Assembly: GCA_965223425.1 (NCBI GenBank)
Contig: OZ245003.1
Location: 2,112,001-2,176,000 of the forward strand
DNA: 64,000 nucleotides
Direction of reading: 5' to 3'
DNA from: Nitrosopumilus sp.
Lineage (GTDB): Archaea; Thermoproteota; Nitrososphaeria; Nitrososphaerales; Nitrosopumilaceae
Made by a program: the position numbers and the translations under genes. The notes below the pieces were generated by a model. That model saw only the letters and a program-made list of their open reading frames with translations. It was not told the origin of the DNA and made no database searches. Position 1 is the first letter of the stretch. Every line of letters starts with the position of its first letter. This document shows positions 1 through 9,249 of the stretch, piece after piece.

Positions 1-2125
1 TGCCAGTGGTGGTGACTGCAGAATTATCGTCAGTTGTGACGCCATCAAGGAGGTCAGGCGAGTCAGCACCAAGCTCCAGCGTTATCTCGTCTGGAATCAC
101 GGTGATCACGGGGGCTGTGGTGTCGACTACGTGGTAGGTTCTGCTCTTTTGCATGGCAGGGTTTGTGCCGTCAGTGGAGTTGTAGCCGATGACGTAATCG
201 CCCACGACATTAGTGTCGACCGTGCCAGTGGTGGTGACTGCAGAACCGTCGTCAGTTGTGACGCCATCAAGGAGGTCAGGCGAGTCAGCACCAAGCTCCA
301 GCGTTATCTCGTCTGGAATCACGGTGATCACGGGGGCTGTGGTGTCGACTACGTGGTAGGTTCTGCTCTTTTGCATGGCAGGGTTTGTGCCGTCAGTGGA
401 GTCGTAACGTATGATATATTCACCTACGGTGCCGGTGTCGACCGTGCCAGTGGTGGTGACTGCAGAATTATCGTCAGTTGTGACGCCATCAAGGAGGTCA
501 GGCGAGTCAGCACCAAGCTCCAGCGTTATCTCGTCTGGAATCACGGTGATCACGGGGGCTGTGGTGTCGACTACGTGGTAGGTTCTGCTCTTTTGCATGG
601 CAGGGTTTGTGCCGTCAGTGGAGTTGTAGCCGATGACGTAATCGCCCACGACATTAGTGTCGACCGTGCCAGTGGTGGTGACTGCAGAACCGTCGTCAGT
701 TGTGACGCCATCAAGGAGGTCAGGCGAGTCAGCACCAAGCTCCAGCGTTATCTCGTCTGGAATCACGGTGATCACGGGGGCTGTGGTGTCGACTACGTGG
801 TAGGTTCTGCTCTTTTGCATGGCAGGGTTTGTGCCGTCAGTGGAGTCGTAACGTATGATATATTCACCTACGGTGCCGGTGTCGACCGTGCCAGTGGTGG
901 TGACTGCAGAATTATCGTCAGTTGTGACGCCATCAAGGAGGTCAGGCGAGTCAGCACCAAGCTCCAGCGTTATCTCGTCTGGAATCACGGTGATCACGGG
1001 GGCTGTGGTGTCGACTACGTGGTAGGTTCTGCTCTTTTGCATGGCAGGGTTTGTGCCGTCAGTGGAGTTGTAGCCGATGACGTAATCGCCCACGACATTA
1101 GTGTCGACCGTGCCAGTGGTGGTGACTGCAGAACCGTCGTCAGTTGTGACGCCATCAAGGAGGTCAGGCGAGTCAGCACCAAGCTCCAGCGTTATCTCGT
1201 CTGGAATCACGGTGATCACGGGGGCTGTGGTGTCGACTACGTGGTAGGTTCTGCTCTTTTGCATGGCAGGGTTTGTGCCGTCAGTGGAGTTGTAGCCGAT
1301 GACGTAATCGCCCACGACATTAGTGTCGACCGTGCCAGTGGTGGTGACTGCAGAATTATCGTCAGTTGTGACGCCATCAAGGAGGTCAGGCGAGTCAGCA
1401 CCAAGCTCCAGCGTTATCTCGTCTGGAATCACGGTGATCACGGGGGCTGTGGTGTCGACTACGTGGTAGGTTCTGCTCTTTTGCATGGCAGGGTTTGTGC
1501 CGTCAGTGGAGTTGTAGCCGATGACGTAATCGCCCACGACATTAGTGTCGACCGTGCCAGTGGTGGTGACTGCAGAACCGTCGTCAGTTGTGACGCCATC
1601 AAGGAGGTCAGGCGAGTCAGCACCAAGCTCCAGCGTTATCTCGTCTGGAATCACGGTGATCACGGGGGCTGTGGTGTCGACTACGTGGTAGGTTCTGCTC
1701 TTTTGCATGGCAGGGTTTGTGCCGTCAGTGGAGTCGTAACGTATGATATATTCACCTACGGTGCCGGTGTCGACCGTGCCAGTGGTGGTGACTGCAGAAT
1801 TATCGTCAGTTGTGACGCCATCAAGGAGGTCAGGCGAGTCAGCACCAAGCTCCAGCGTTATCTCGTCTGGAATCACGGTGATCACGGGGGCTGTGGTGTC
1901 GACTACGTGGTAGGTTCTGCTCTTTTGCATGGCAGGGTTTGTGCCGTCAGTGGAGTTGTAGCCGATGACGTAATCGCCCACGACATTAGTGTCGACCGTG
2001 CCAGTGGTGGTGACTGCAGAATTATCGTCAGTTGTGACGCCATCAAGGAGGTCAGGCGAGTCAGCACCAAGCTCCAGCGTTATCTCGTCTGGAATCACGG
2101 TGATCACGGGGGCTGTGGTGTCGAC
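1..2125 (-). repeat. Tandem array of 222-bp (74-aa) Ig-like units, at least 9.5 copies
   Basis: The gtcgac anchor of the VD codons ends at 127, 349, 571, 793, 1015, 1237, 1459, 1681, 1903 and 2125 (period 222). Units are identical except at two dimorphic segments. Confidence 0.97.
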
Positions 2126-4657
2126 TTGTAGATCAAAAAAATCCAAATCAATTATCTGGACGCCGTGATCACCAAAACTAGTAACAAGGGCGTACGTGCT
2201 GTTATCTACTATTGATGTGACAATATCACGCGGATTATTAAGAGTATCAAAGGATATTCCATTAGTGGCTCGACCGTCACGGAACGACGTGACGGGAACC
2301 GGTGTCATGGGATTGCTGATGTAGATTATCTGGACGCCGTTGTCACGAATACTTGCGACAAGGGCGTACGTGCCTGACCCTATTTTGGTAGTGGTAATGG
2401 CATATGAACCAGCAAGCGTATCAAAGGTCTTGCCACCAACCGTTTCGCCGTCAATGGCCGATGCAACCGGAACCGGCTCGCTGGGCTCGCTGATGTCGAT
2501 TATCTGGACGCCGTTGTCACTACCTTGACTTGCGACAAGGGCGTACGTGCTGTTATCTATTTTAATAGTGGTGATGTCGCGTGGAATGGTGAGTGTGTCA
2601 AAGGGCATTCCATTAGCGCCGTTTTGACCATCACGGAACGATATGACGGGAACCGGTGTCTTGGGATTGCTGATGTCGATTATCTGGACGCCGTTGTCAC
2701 TAGTACTTGTGACAAGGGCGTACGTGCCTGACCCTATTTTGGTAGTGGTAATGGCATATGGATCAGCAAGCGTATCAAAGGTCTTGCCATCAATCTCTGT
2801 GCCGTTAACAGCTGACGCAACCGGAACCGGTAAAAGAGGATTGCTGATGTCGATTATCTGGACGCCGTGATCATGAATACTTGTGACAAGGGCGTACGTG
2901 CCTGACCCTATTTTGGTAGTGGTAATGGCATATGGACTAGCAAGCGTATCAAAGGTCTTGCCACCAACCGTTTCGCCGTCAATGGCCGATGCAACCGGAA
3001 CCGGCTCGCTGGGCTCGCTGATGTCGATTATCTGAACGCCGTTGTCAATAAAACTAGTGACAAGGGCGTACGTGCTGTTATCTATTTTAATAGTGGTGAT
3101 GTCGCGTGGAATGGTGAGTGTGTCAAAGGGCATTCCATTAGTGGCTTTTTGACCATCACGGAACGATATGACGGGAACCGGTGTCTTGGGATTGCTGATG
3201 TCGATTATCTGGACGCCGTGATAATCAAGAATACTTGTGATAAGGGCGTACGTGTGAGAGCCGATCTTGGCGGTGGTGATGCTGTCTGAGCCGAGAAGCG
3301 TGTCATAGGGCACTCCGTCAACGACGTCACTGTTCTCAACCGATGTGGCACCAGTTTTAGTCCCGCTGATGTCGATTATCTGGACGCCGTTGTCACTACC
3401 TTGACTTGTGACAAGGGCGTACGTGCTATCATCAATAGTGGTGGTGGTGACACCCCAAGCTGTCTGAAGCCTCTCAAATGGTATTCCGCCAACTTCGTCA
3501 CCGTCAATGGCCGATGCAACCGGAACCGGCTCGCTGGGATCGCTGATGTCGATTATCTGGACGCCGTTGTCACTAGTACTTGTGACAAGGGCGTACGTGC
3601 TGCCATCTATTTTAATAGTGGTGATGCCGTATGGCTTGCTGAGTGTGGTAAAAGTCTCTTCATTAGTGGCTTTCTCGCCGTTAATGGCCGATGCAACCGG
3701 AACCGGTAAAAGAGGATTGCTGATGTCGATTATCTGGACGCCGTGATCACCAATACTTGTGACAAGGGCATACGTGTTTAACCCTATTTTGGTAGTAGTG
3801 ATGGCATATGGACGAGCAAGCGTATCAAAGGGCATTCCATTAGCGTCGTTTTGATCGTCATGTAATGATATTACAGGAACCGGCGTCTTGGGATCGCTGA
3901 TGTCGATTATCTGGACGCCGTCGTCATTGCTACTTACGACAAGGGCGTACGTGTGAGCACTGAGCTTTGTGGTCGTGATGCCACGTGGACCATCAAGCAA
4001 AAAGGTTTCTTTATTAGTGGCTGTGGTACCGTCACGTAATGATATTACAGGAACCGGCGTCTTGGGATTGCTGATGTCGATTATCTGGACATTATCACTC
4101 TCAAAACTTGTTACAAGGGCATGTATCGTGCCATCAATTTCTACGACAGCGATCTCCCGTGGACGAGACAAATCAAAGGTCTTGCCACCAACCGTTTCGC
4201 CGTCAATGGCCGATGCAACCGGAACCGGCTTGCTGGGATCGCTGATGTCGATTATCTGGACGCCGTTGTCACCGCTACTTACGACAAGGGCGTACGTGCT
4301 GCCATCTATTTTAATAGTGGTGATGCCGTATGGCTTGCTGAGTGTGTCAAAAGTTTTTCCATTAGTGGCTTTGGAACCGTTAGTGGCCGATGCAACCGGA
4401 ACCGGCTCGCTGGGATCGCTGATGTCGATTATCTGGACGCCGTTGTCATTAAAACTAGTGACAAGGGCGTATATGACATCGTCAATAACTACTACGATGA
4501 TGTTGTGTCCAGTCTCAAGCGTATCAAAGAATCCTCCATTAACTTCTTGTCCATCGTAAATTGATGCGACAGGCGACGGTAAATCGATTGTGGCGTCTGC
4601 AGAGATGACATAAAATGGAATCAAGAAAAAAACAAAAACAAGTATTAGTTTCATCAT
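1..4657 (-). CDS. Large secreted surface protein (>1550 aa, 3' end outside window): signal peptide, 14 LVIVD-type beta-propeller blades, then tandem DUF5011/HYR-like Ig domains
   Basis: Manual minus-strand translation from ATG 4657: MMKLILVFVFFLIPFYVISADA (signal peptide), repeated YALV..S..DNGVQIIDISDP blades, in-frame junction VQIIDLDFFDLQVDTTAPV at 2161-2105, then VDTTAPVITVIPDEITLELGADSPDLLDGVTTDD repeats. No stop seen before the window edge, which explains its absence from the ORF track. Confidence 0.88.
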   Translation of the reverse strand, partial: MMKLILVFVFFLIPFYVISADATIDLPSPVASIYDGQEVNGGFFDTLETGHNIIVVVIDDVIYALVTSFNDNGVQIIDISDPSEPVPVASATNGSKATNGKTFDTLSKPYGITTIKIDGSTYALVVSSGDNGVQIIDISDPSKPVPVASAIDGETVGGKTFDLSRPREIAVVEIDGTIHALVTSFESDNVQIIDISNPKTPVPVISLRDGTTATNKETFLLDGPRGITTTKLSAHTYALVVSSNDDGVQIIDISDPKTPVPVISLHDDQNDANGMPFDTLARPYAITTTKIGLNTYALVTSIGDHGVQIIDISNPLLPVPVASAINGEKATNEETFTTLSKPYGITTIKIDGSTYALVTSTSDNGVQIIDISDPSEPVPVASAIDGDEVGGIPFERLQTAWGVTTTTIDDSTYALVTSQGSDNGVQIIDISGTKTGATSVENSDVVDGVPYDTLLGSDSITTAKIGSHTYALITSILDYHGVQIIDISNPKTPVPVISFRDGQKATNGMPFDTLTIPRDITTIKIDNSTYALVTSFIDNGVQIIDISEPSEPVPVASAIDGETVGGKTFDTLASPYAITTTKIGSGTYALVTSIHDHGVQIIDISNPLLPVPVASAVNGTEIDGKTFDTLADPYAITTTKIGSGTYALVTSTSDNGVQIIDISNPKTPVPVISFRDGQNGANGMPFDTLTIPRDITTIKIDNSTYALVASQGSDNGVQIIDISEPSEPVPVASAIDGETVGGKTFDTLAGSYAITTTKIGSGTYALVASIRDNGVQIIYISNPMTPVPVTSFRDGRATNGISFDTLNNPRDIVTSIVDNSTYALVTSFGDHGVQIIDLDFFDLQVDTTAPVITVIPDEITLELGADSPDLLDGVTTDDNSAVTTTGTVDTNVVGDYVIGYNSTDGTNPAMQKSRTYHVVDTTAPVITVIPDEITLELGADSPDLLDGVTTDDNSAVTTTGTVDTGTVGEYIIRYDSTDGTNPAMQKSRTYHVVDTTAPVITVIPDEITLELGADSPDLLDGVTTDDGSAVTTTGTVDTNVVGDYVIGYNSTDGTNPAMQKSRTYHVVDTTAPVITVIPDEITLELGADSPDLLDGVTTDDNSAVTTTGTVDTNVVGDYVIGYNSTDGTNPAMQKSRTYHVVDTTAPVITVIPDEITLELGADSPDLLDGVTTDDGSAVTTTGTVDTNVVGDYVIGYNSTDGTNPAMQKSRTYHVVDTTAPVITVIPDEITLELGADSPDLLDGVTTDDNSAVTTTGTVDTGTVGEYIIRYDSTDGTNPAMQKSRTYHVVDTTAPVITVIPDEITLELGADSPDLLDGVTTDDGSAVTTTGTVDTNVVGDYVIGYNSTDGTNPAMQKSRTYHVVDTTAPVITVIPDEITLELGADSPDLLDGVTTDDNSAVTTTGTVDTGTVGEYIIRYDSTDGTNPAMQKSRTYHVVDTTAPVITVIPDEITLELGADSPDLLDGVTTDDGSAVTTTGTVDTNVVGDYVIGYNSTDGTNPAMQKSRTYHVVDTTAPVITVIPDEITLELGADSPDLLDGVTTDDNSAVTTTG
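2150..4560 (-). repeat. 14 imperfect ~170-180-bp LVIVD blade repeats
   Basis: Core gctgatgtcgattatctggacgccg recurs 14 times (~2150 variant, 2316, 2490, 2669, 2844, 3017, 3194, 3366, 3542, 3719, 3896, 4070, 4241, 4418). Confidence 0.9.
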
Positions 4658-4816
4658 AAATTCTTATAATTTTAAGGTGTGTGCAGACGCTTACGAGCAC
4701 TGTAATTGTCACAAAAAGTAGTCCGGTAACAGCAGATGACTGGATATGACGACGGATTTAGTAGTATACAGGTTTTATCATAATATACAAAAATGATATT
4801 CTTCTGAAATATCATA

Positions 4817-4832
4817 CCCCCCCCCCCCCCCC
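4817..4832. repeat. C16 homopolymer upstream of the surface-protein gene
   Basis: 16 consecutive C in an AT-rich intergenic region, 160 bp upstream of ATG 4657. Confidence 0.9.
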
Positions 4833-5347
4833 GCCGAAACAGGGTTAGAGGGGCGGTGGTGGCAGAACTGTAAAACTTTACCAAAATTATCTGTACGCAC
4901 AGGATAATTGGCTGGTTTGTAGACCATTATATCTGCAAACAGATTTTCTTTGTCATACATTACAAACAATGTGTGTAATGAACAACAGTTATTAAAAATC
5001 ATTCTATGAAATATTATGTAATTGTATAGTTTTTTGAAGATATTTTGGATGTTTGTTTAAACCTTTTCCTTTCTATTGTACGGAAATTAGTTTCACCCAA
5101 GATAAAGCATGCAATGAAGGATTGCCTGACGCTATACTGATCACATCACATGGCAAGAAAAAGGCTCACAGGCAGGACGACAAGAGGCATTGTTAACAAC
5201 AGAGGATCTTTTGCCAGATGACATGCTCAATTTGGCATCTCGGATCCTCAAGTCAACAGTACCATGTAGGTATTCAAAGATGGGACTGATTATTCATCCG
5301 CAAGTCTTGAACATTACGTTTAATTTCAAATTAAAGTACTCCAAAAC

Positions 5348-5695
5348 GTGCTTGATTATTCATTAAATATAGCTGGAAGCGAATGGATGATTATTATTTT
5401 TGTTGCGCTAGTATTGATTTTAGGAACAGGAAAGCTGCCAGGTGCTGCAAGAAAGATTGGAAGAGCTGTAAATGAATACAACAAGGCAAAAAATGAAATT
5501 CAAGATCAAGTAAAAGAGGCAACAGAAGAATCACCAAGAATTTCAGGTCCTGTAGAAACCGAACGAAAAAAATTAGAAACAATTGCCAAGTCAATAGGGG
5601 TGAAAACTGAAGGCAAAACAGACGATGAGCTTCGAGAAATCATATCTGGGAAAATAGGTAAGAAAAGAACAAACGAGTCAGAAAAGAATCAATAA
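5348..5695 (+). CDS. tatA: Twin-arginine translocase TatA/E family subunit
   Basis: GSEWMIIIFVALVLILGTGKLPGAARKIGRA: single TM helix plus amphipathic helix. Confidence 0.88.
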   Translation: MLDYSLNIAGSEWMIIIFVALVLILGTGKLPGAARKIGRAVNEYNKAKNEIQDQVKEATEESPRISGPVETERKKLETIAKSIGVKTEGKTDDELREIISGKIGKKRTNESEKNQ

Positions 5696-5696
5696 A

Positions 5697-6485
5697 TTAT
5701 TTTGATTTCCTGATTCGGTACATGTTTTTATCAAGCCGTTTTTTGGCGAATTTATAATATTCCGGAACAATTTCAAACCCGAGAAACTTTCTACCAAGGG
5801 ATTTACTCACTACTGCTACTTGCCCCGAACCAAGAAAGGGATCAAGTACAATGTCTTTTTTTTCACTAGAGTATTCTAATAACTTTTCAATTAGCTCAGA
5901 AGGGAGTTTCGTTGGAGTTTTTTCATCTCCCGCCCAGTACTCCCTTTTGATATTCCATACATCTTCTTTGTCCTTGTAATGAAGACTTCTTCCATCCTTG
6001 GTCTTTTCATCCTTTTTGAATCGGGAAAACGAAAAGAACTTCCGTTTCTTGTCATTTTTACAGACGTAAATACAATGATAATGAGAAGTGACAAATTTCT
6101 TTTTTGTGACAACGCCAAACTGGTATTTCCAAATTATATGGTTAATAGTGACAAATCCAACATCGTCTAGCGCTCGTAGGATGTCTTTGAGGTTATTCCA
6201 TCCTGAAAAAACATACATGCTTCCTGAATCCTTTAGAATTGGAAAAACTTTACTCATCCATGCAAACGTAAAATCATAGTAATCCTCAGGCTTGATTTCA
6301 TTGTATCCAGGTAACACCCTAGATGGAGTTCGATTATAATTTGCCTTTTTTGCCTTGAAATTGATTGCAAATGGGGGATCAGTAATTACAAGATCAATTT
6401 TATTTTTAGGAATTGAGCTCATTCCTTCAATGCAGTTTAGATTATAAATTTCGTTGACATTGATTTGTTTCATTTTTAAATTCAA
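5697..6485 (-). CDS. Site-specific DNA methyltransferase (N4-C/N6-A, beta class); no adjacent restriction gene
   Basis: DLVITDPPF catalytic motif precedes the VLDPFLGSG SAM-binding motif. Confidence 0.9.
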   Translation of the reverse strand: MNLKMKQINVNEIYNLNCIEGMSSIPKNKIDLVITDPPFAINFKAKKANYNRTPSRVLPGYNEIKPEDYYDFTFAWMSKVFPILKDSGSMYVFSGWNNLKDILRALDDVGFVTINHIIWKYQFGVVTKKKFVTSHYHCIYVCKNDKKRKFFSFSRFKKDEKTKDGRSLHYKDKEDVWNIKREYWAGDEKTPTKLPSELIEKLLEYSSEKKDIVLDPFLGSGQVAVVSKSLGRKFLGFEIVPEYYKFAKKRLDKNMYRIRKSK

Positions 6486-6567
6486 GACTGTTTCCTAGCA
6501 TAATAATGTCATGGATCAGAGTAATTATTAAACAATAAATCACCAGCCATGTCTTACCAGATAGATC

Positions 6568-9078
6568 TTGAAATTTTCATGTCCAAAATGCAAGTCAAAG
6601 ATAGAAATTCAAAAGACATTCAACAAAAAGATGCATGTCTCTTGCGGGAAATGCGGTATTGAGGATCTATTGGAATTTTCAAAAAACATTGACGAGGTAT
6701 TCCTTGAATTTCTTTCAAGATTTGATCAAGGCCTGGTTACAGAAAGAGGGCTATCAGAAGGCCTAAAAGACGAGGGGATTGTCAGGGGAGAAAATGAGAT
6801 AAAACAAATGATTGGTAGCAACAAGCCAGATAAAATCACAGAAGAAATCTTGTTTTCAAAAAAAGACTATGTTTCACAGTACAAGGTTTTGAGCAATCCC
6901 GAGCCCAAAATTGGATGCAAAGTAGAAGATTTAGGACTGGATGAATCAATCATAGAACATCTCAGGGAATTAAAGATTGAACAGTTTTACAAATTTCAAG
7001 AAGAGTCAATCCAAGAGATTACGTTTGGGGAAAACGTTGTAATTGAAGCGCCAACTGCGTCTGGAAAAACAGAAGCGTTTTTGATTCCAGTAATCCAGAG
7101 AATAAAAAAGGAGGCAAACGATGGAAACGTCTTTGCAATTTTTGTGTATCCAACAAAAGCACTGTCACGAGATCAATATCCAAAAATTCAGAAATTTGCA
7201 GAAAAGATCGGAGTAAATGTCAAAGTGTTTGACGGGGATACAAAACTGGCAGAAAGAAGAGAGATAGTTGGGAGACCTCCACATATCCTAGTTACAAATT
7301 TTGATATTTTGCATTACCATATGTGGCATCAAACAAAATTTTCATCGTTATTAACATCGACTAAAATCCTAGTGACTGACGAGGCTCACGTGTATTCAGG
7401 AATTTTTGGCTCCAATGTGCACTATATCGTAAAAAGACTCAAGAGAGTTTGTACCAATAAGTTACAATTTGTAGCAGCGTCGGCCACATTAGATGACTCA
7501 AAAGAATTCTGTCAGAAACTGTTTGGAGAAAAAATGCAGAGGATTCAAGGATCTGGCAAAAAAGGTCAGACGGATTTTGCAATGCTGTTTCCATCACTTC
7601 GAACACAGAGGGCTCTGATGGTGGAATTAACAAAAAAACTAACTCAAAAAAATCACAAGACGATGGTGTTTAACAACTCGCATCTGAATTCTGAACTGCT
7701 GGCAATGCAGGCAAAAAAACAAAAAGTTGGCATCAAGGTTCACAGGGCAGGACTAATGGCAAACTACAGAACATCAGTGGAGAGGCAATTCAAAGAGGAC
7801 AATTTGCAGGCAATCTCATGTACTCCCACGCTTGAATTAGGCATAGATGTAGGCAATGTTGACTGTGTCATATCATCTACCATTCCAGTAAACAGACTGA
7901 TTCAAAGAATCGGAAGGGCTGCAAGAAAGGGACAAAGGGGATACGCATTTCTGGCATTAGGAAACGACCCAATCTCTCAGTATTACAAGAATCATCCTGA
8001 TGACTATTTTGAGGACGTTGAAAAAACATACATCGATCCCAAGAATCCGTTCGTGGAAGAGTTTCAGGTTTTGGCAATGGCATGCGACAGGCCAATTTCA
8101 AAACACGAATTAAGAGAGCATCAAGAGGTAATTGAACAGCACATAGCCAGAGAAAATCTCAAAGAATTCAACAATCGAATAATTCCAAATTTTGATAAAA
8201 TAAACTCTATGCTAAACGATTACAGCATCAGGGGAATTGGCAAATCAATTGACATTTTCCTAAATGATAAAAAGGTGGGAGACAGAATACTGCCAATTGC
8301 ACTAGAGGAACTGCACAAAGATGCAATCTATTTTCTTGCAGGAACAAGGTACAAAGTAAAAGAGTTTGATTATCCAGACAAGCGTTTTGCCAAGATAGAG
8401 AGAATTCCAAGAGGCTATCCATACTATACAAAATCCCTCACAGAGGAATGGCCAACAATTGAGACGGTGTTTGAGAGAAGAAATGCAAACGGTGTTGAGG
8501 TTGCATTCTGTAAATTGCATATTGAGAAAAAGGTATACGGTTATGCCAATATTGAGCTAGGACAGGAAATCACACAGGGAGAAAAAGTTCTATTGGATGC
8601 TCCGCTAGAATATGATTTTGTAACAAAGGGAATTGTGTTTCATGCGCCAAGACCACTAAAAGTAATTGAAGAGTCTGAAGATGAAGATTATGCTGAAGCC
8701 AGTGGGTATCATGCAACAGAACATGTCGTAATTGAGGGCAGTAACATGATTACAGGAGGAGTGTCTCAAGACTTGGGAGGCATATCCTTGGGCACATCAG
8801 GCTTGATTTTCATCTATGACGGTGCAATCGGAGGCAGTGGAGCAAGCAAGGCTCTCTATGATAGGTTTGAAAAGGCCATCAAGCGAAGTATGTGTATTGT
8901 AAAGGAGTGTCCGTGTCAAAGTGAGTCGGGATGTCCAAGATGTACATTTTCGTATAGATGTGGAAACAATAACGAGTACCTGCACAAGTATTCAGCGTTA
9001 GAGATTCTGGAGAGAATCAACAGCGGTGAAAAGACAGAGTTAGTTGATCCTACTGAAGGAGACAAACCCCTAGTATGA
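6568..9078 (+). CDS. Hrq1/MrfA-like DEAH-box helicase with C-terminal DUF1998 zinc domain
   Basis: PTASGKT, DEAH, SAT, QRIGRAAR, C-terminal CPCQSESGCPRC; additional N-terminal CxxC..CxxC. Confidence 0.9.
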   Translation: MKFSCPKCKSKIEIQKTFNKKMHVSCGKCGIEDLLEFSKNIDEVFLEFLSRFDQGLVTERGLSEGLKDEGIVRGENEIKQMIGSNKPDKITEEILFSKKDYVSQYKVLSNPEPKIGCKVEDLGLDESIIEHLRELKIEQFYKFQEESIQEITFGENVVIEAPTASGKTEAFLIPVIQRIKKEANDGNVFAIFVYPTKALSRDQYPKIQKFAEKIGVNVKVFDGDTKLAERREIVGRPPHILVTNFDILHYHMWHQTKFSSLLTSTKILVTDEAHVYSGIFGSNVHYIVKRLKRVCTNKLQFVAASATLDDSKEFCQKLFGEKMQRIQGSGKKGQTDFAMLFPSLRTQRALMVELTKKLTQKNHKTMVFNNSHLNSELLAMQAKKQKVGIKVHRAGLMANYRTSVERQFKEDNLQAISCTPTLELGIDVGNVDCVISSTIPVNRLIQRIGRAARKGQRGYAFLALGNDPISQYYKNHPDDYFEDVEKTYIDPKNPFVEEFQVLAMACDRPISKHELREHQEVIEQHIARENLKEFNNRIIPNFDKINSMLNDYSIRGIGKSIDIFLNDKKVGDRILPIALEELHKDAIYFLAGTRYKVKEFDYPDKRFAKIERIPRGYPYYTKSLTEEWPTIETVFERRNANGVEVAFCKLHIEKKVYGYANIELGQEITQGEKVLLDAPLEYDFVTKGIVFHAPRPLKVIEESEDEDYAEASGYHATEHVVIEGSNMITGGVSQDLGGISLGTSGLIFIYDGAIGGSGASKALYDRFEKAIKRSMCIVKECPCQSESGCPRCTFSYRCGNNNEYLHKYSALEILERINSGEKTELVDPTEGDKPLV

Positions 9079-9249
9079 TAAATGGGGCTCTGTAGCGTCT
9101 TGGGTTGTGTTCTTCCTGTTTACTGAACCAACCGCCATGATGCGATTGAAGGTACAAAGGAGAAAAGAACGAACCAGAAACGCGCCCAGAGATTTTTTTC
9201 TCAAAGAATTCCTAGATGGTTTTTATATCATTAATTTTGCATTGTGTTT

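Noticed and set aside
2150-4450. CRISPR-like recurrence of a 25-bp conserved box
   Set aside because: Spacing is ~175 bp, the box is in-frame coding sequence (GVQIIDIS), and no cas genes are present.
131-4564. Plus-strand ORFs, including the 666-aa repeat ORF
   Set aside because: Antisense shadows of the minus-strand surface-protein gene, which has the signal peptide and recognisable domains.
5697-9078. Methylase plus DUF1998 helicase as a DISARM or Druantia system
   Set aside because: The genes are divergent, no other components are present, and composition is host-like.
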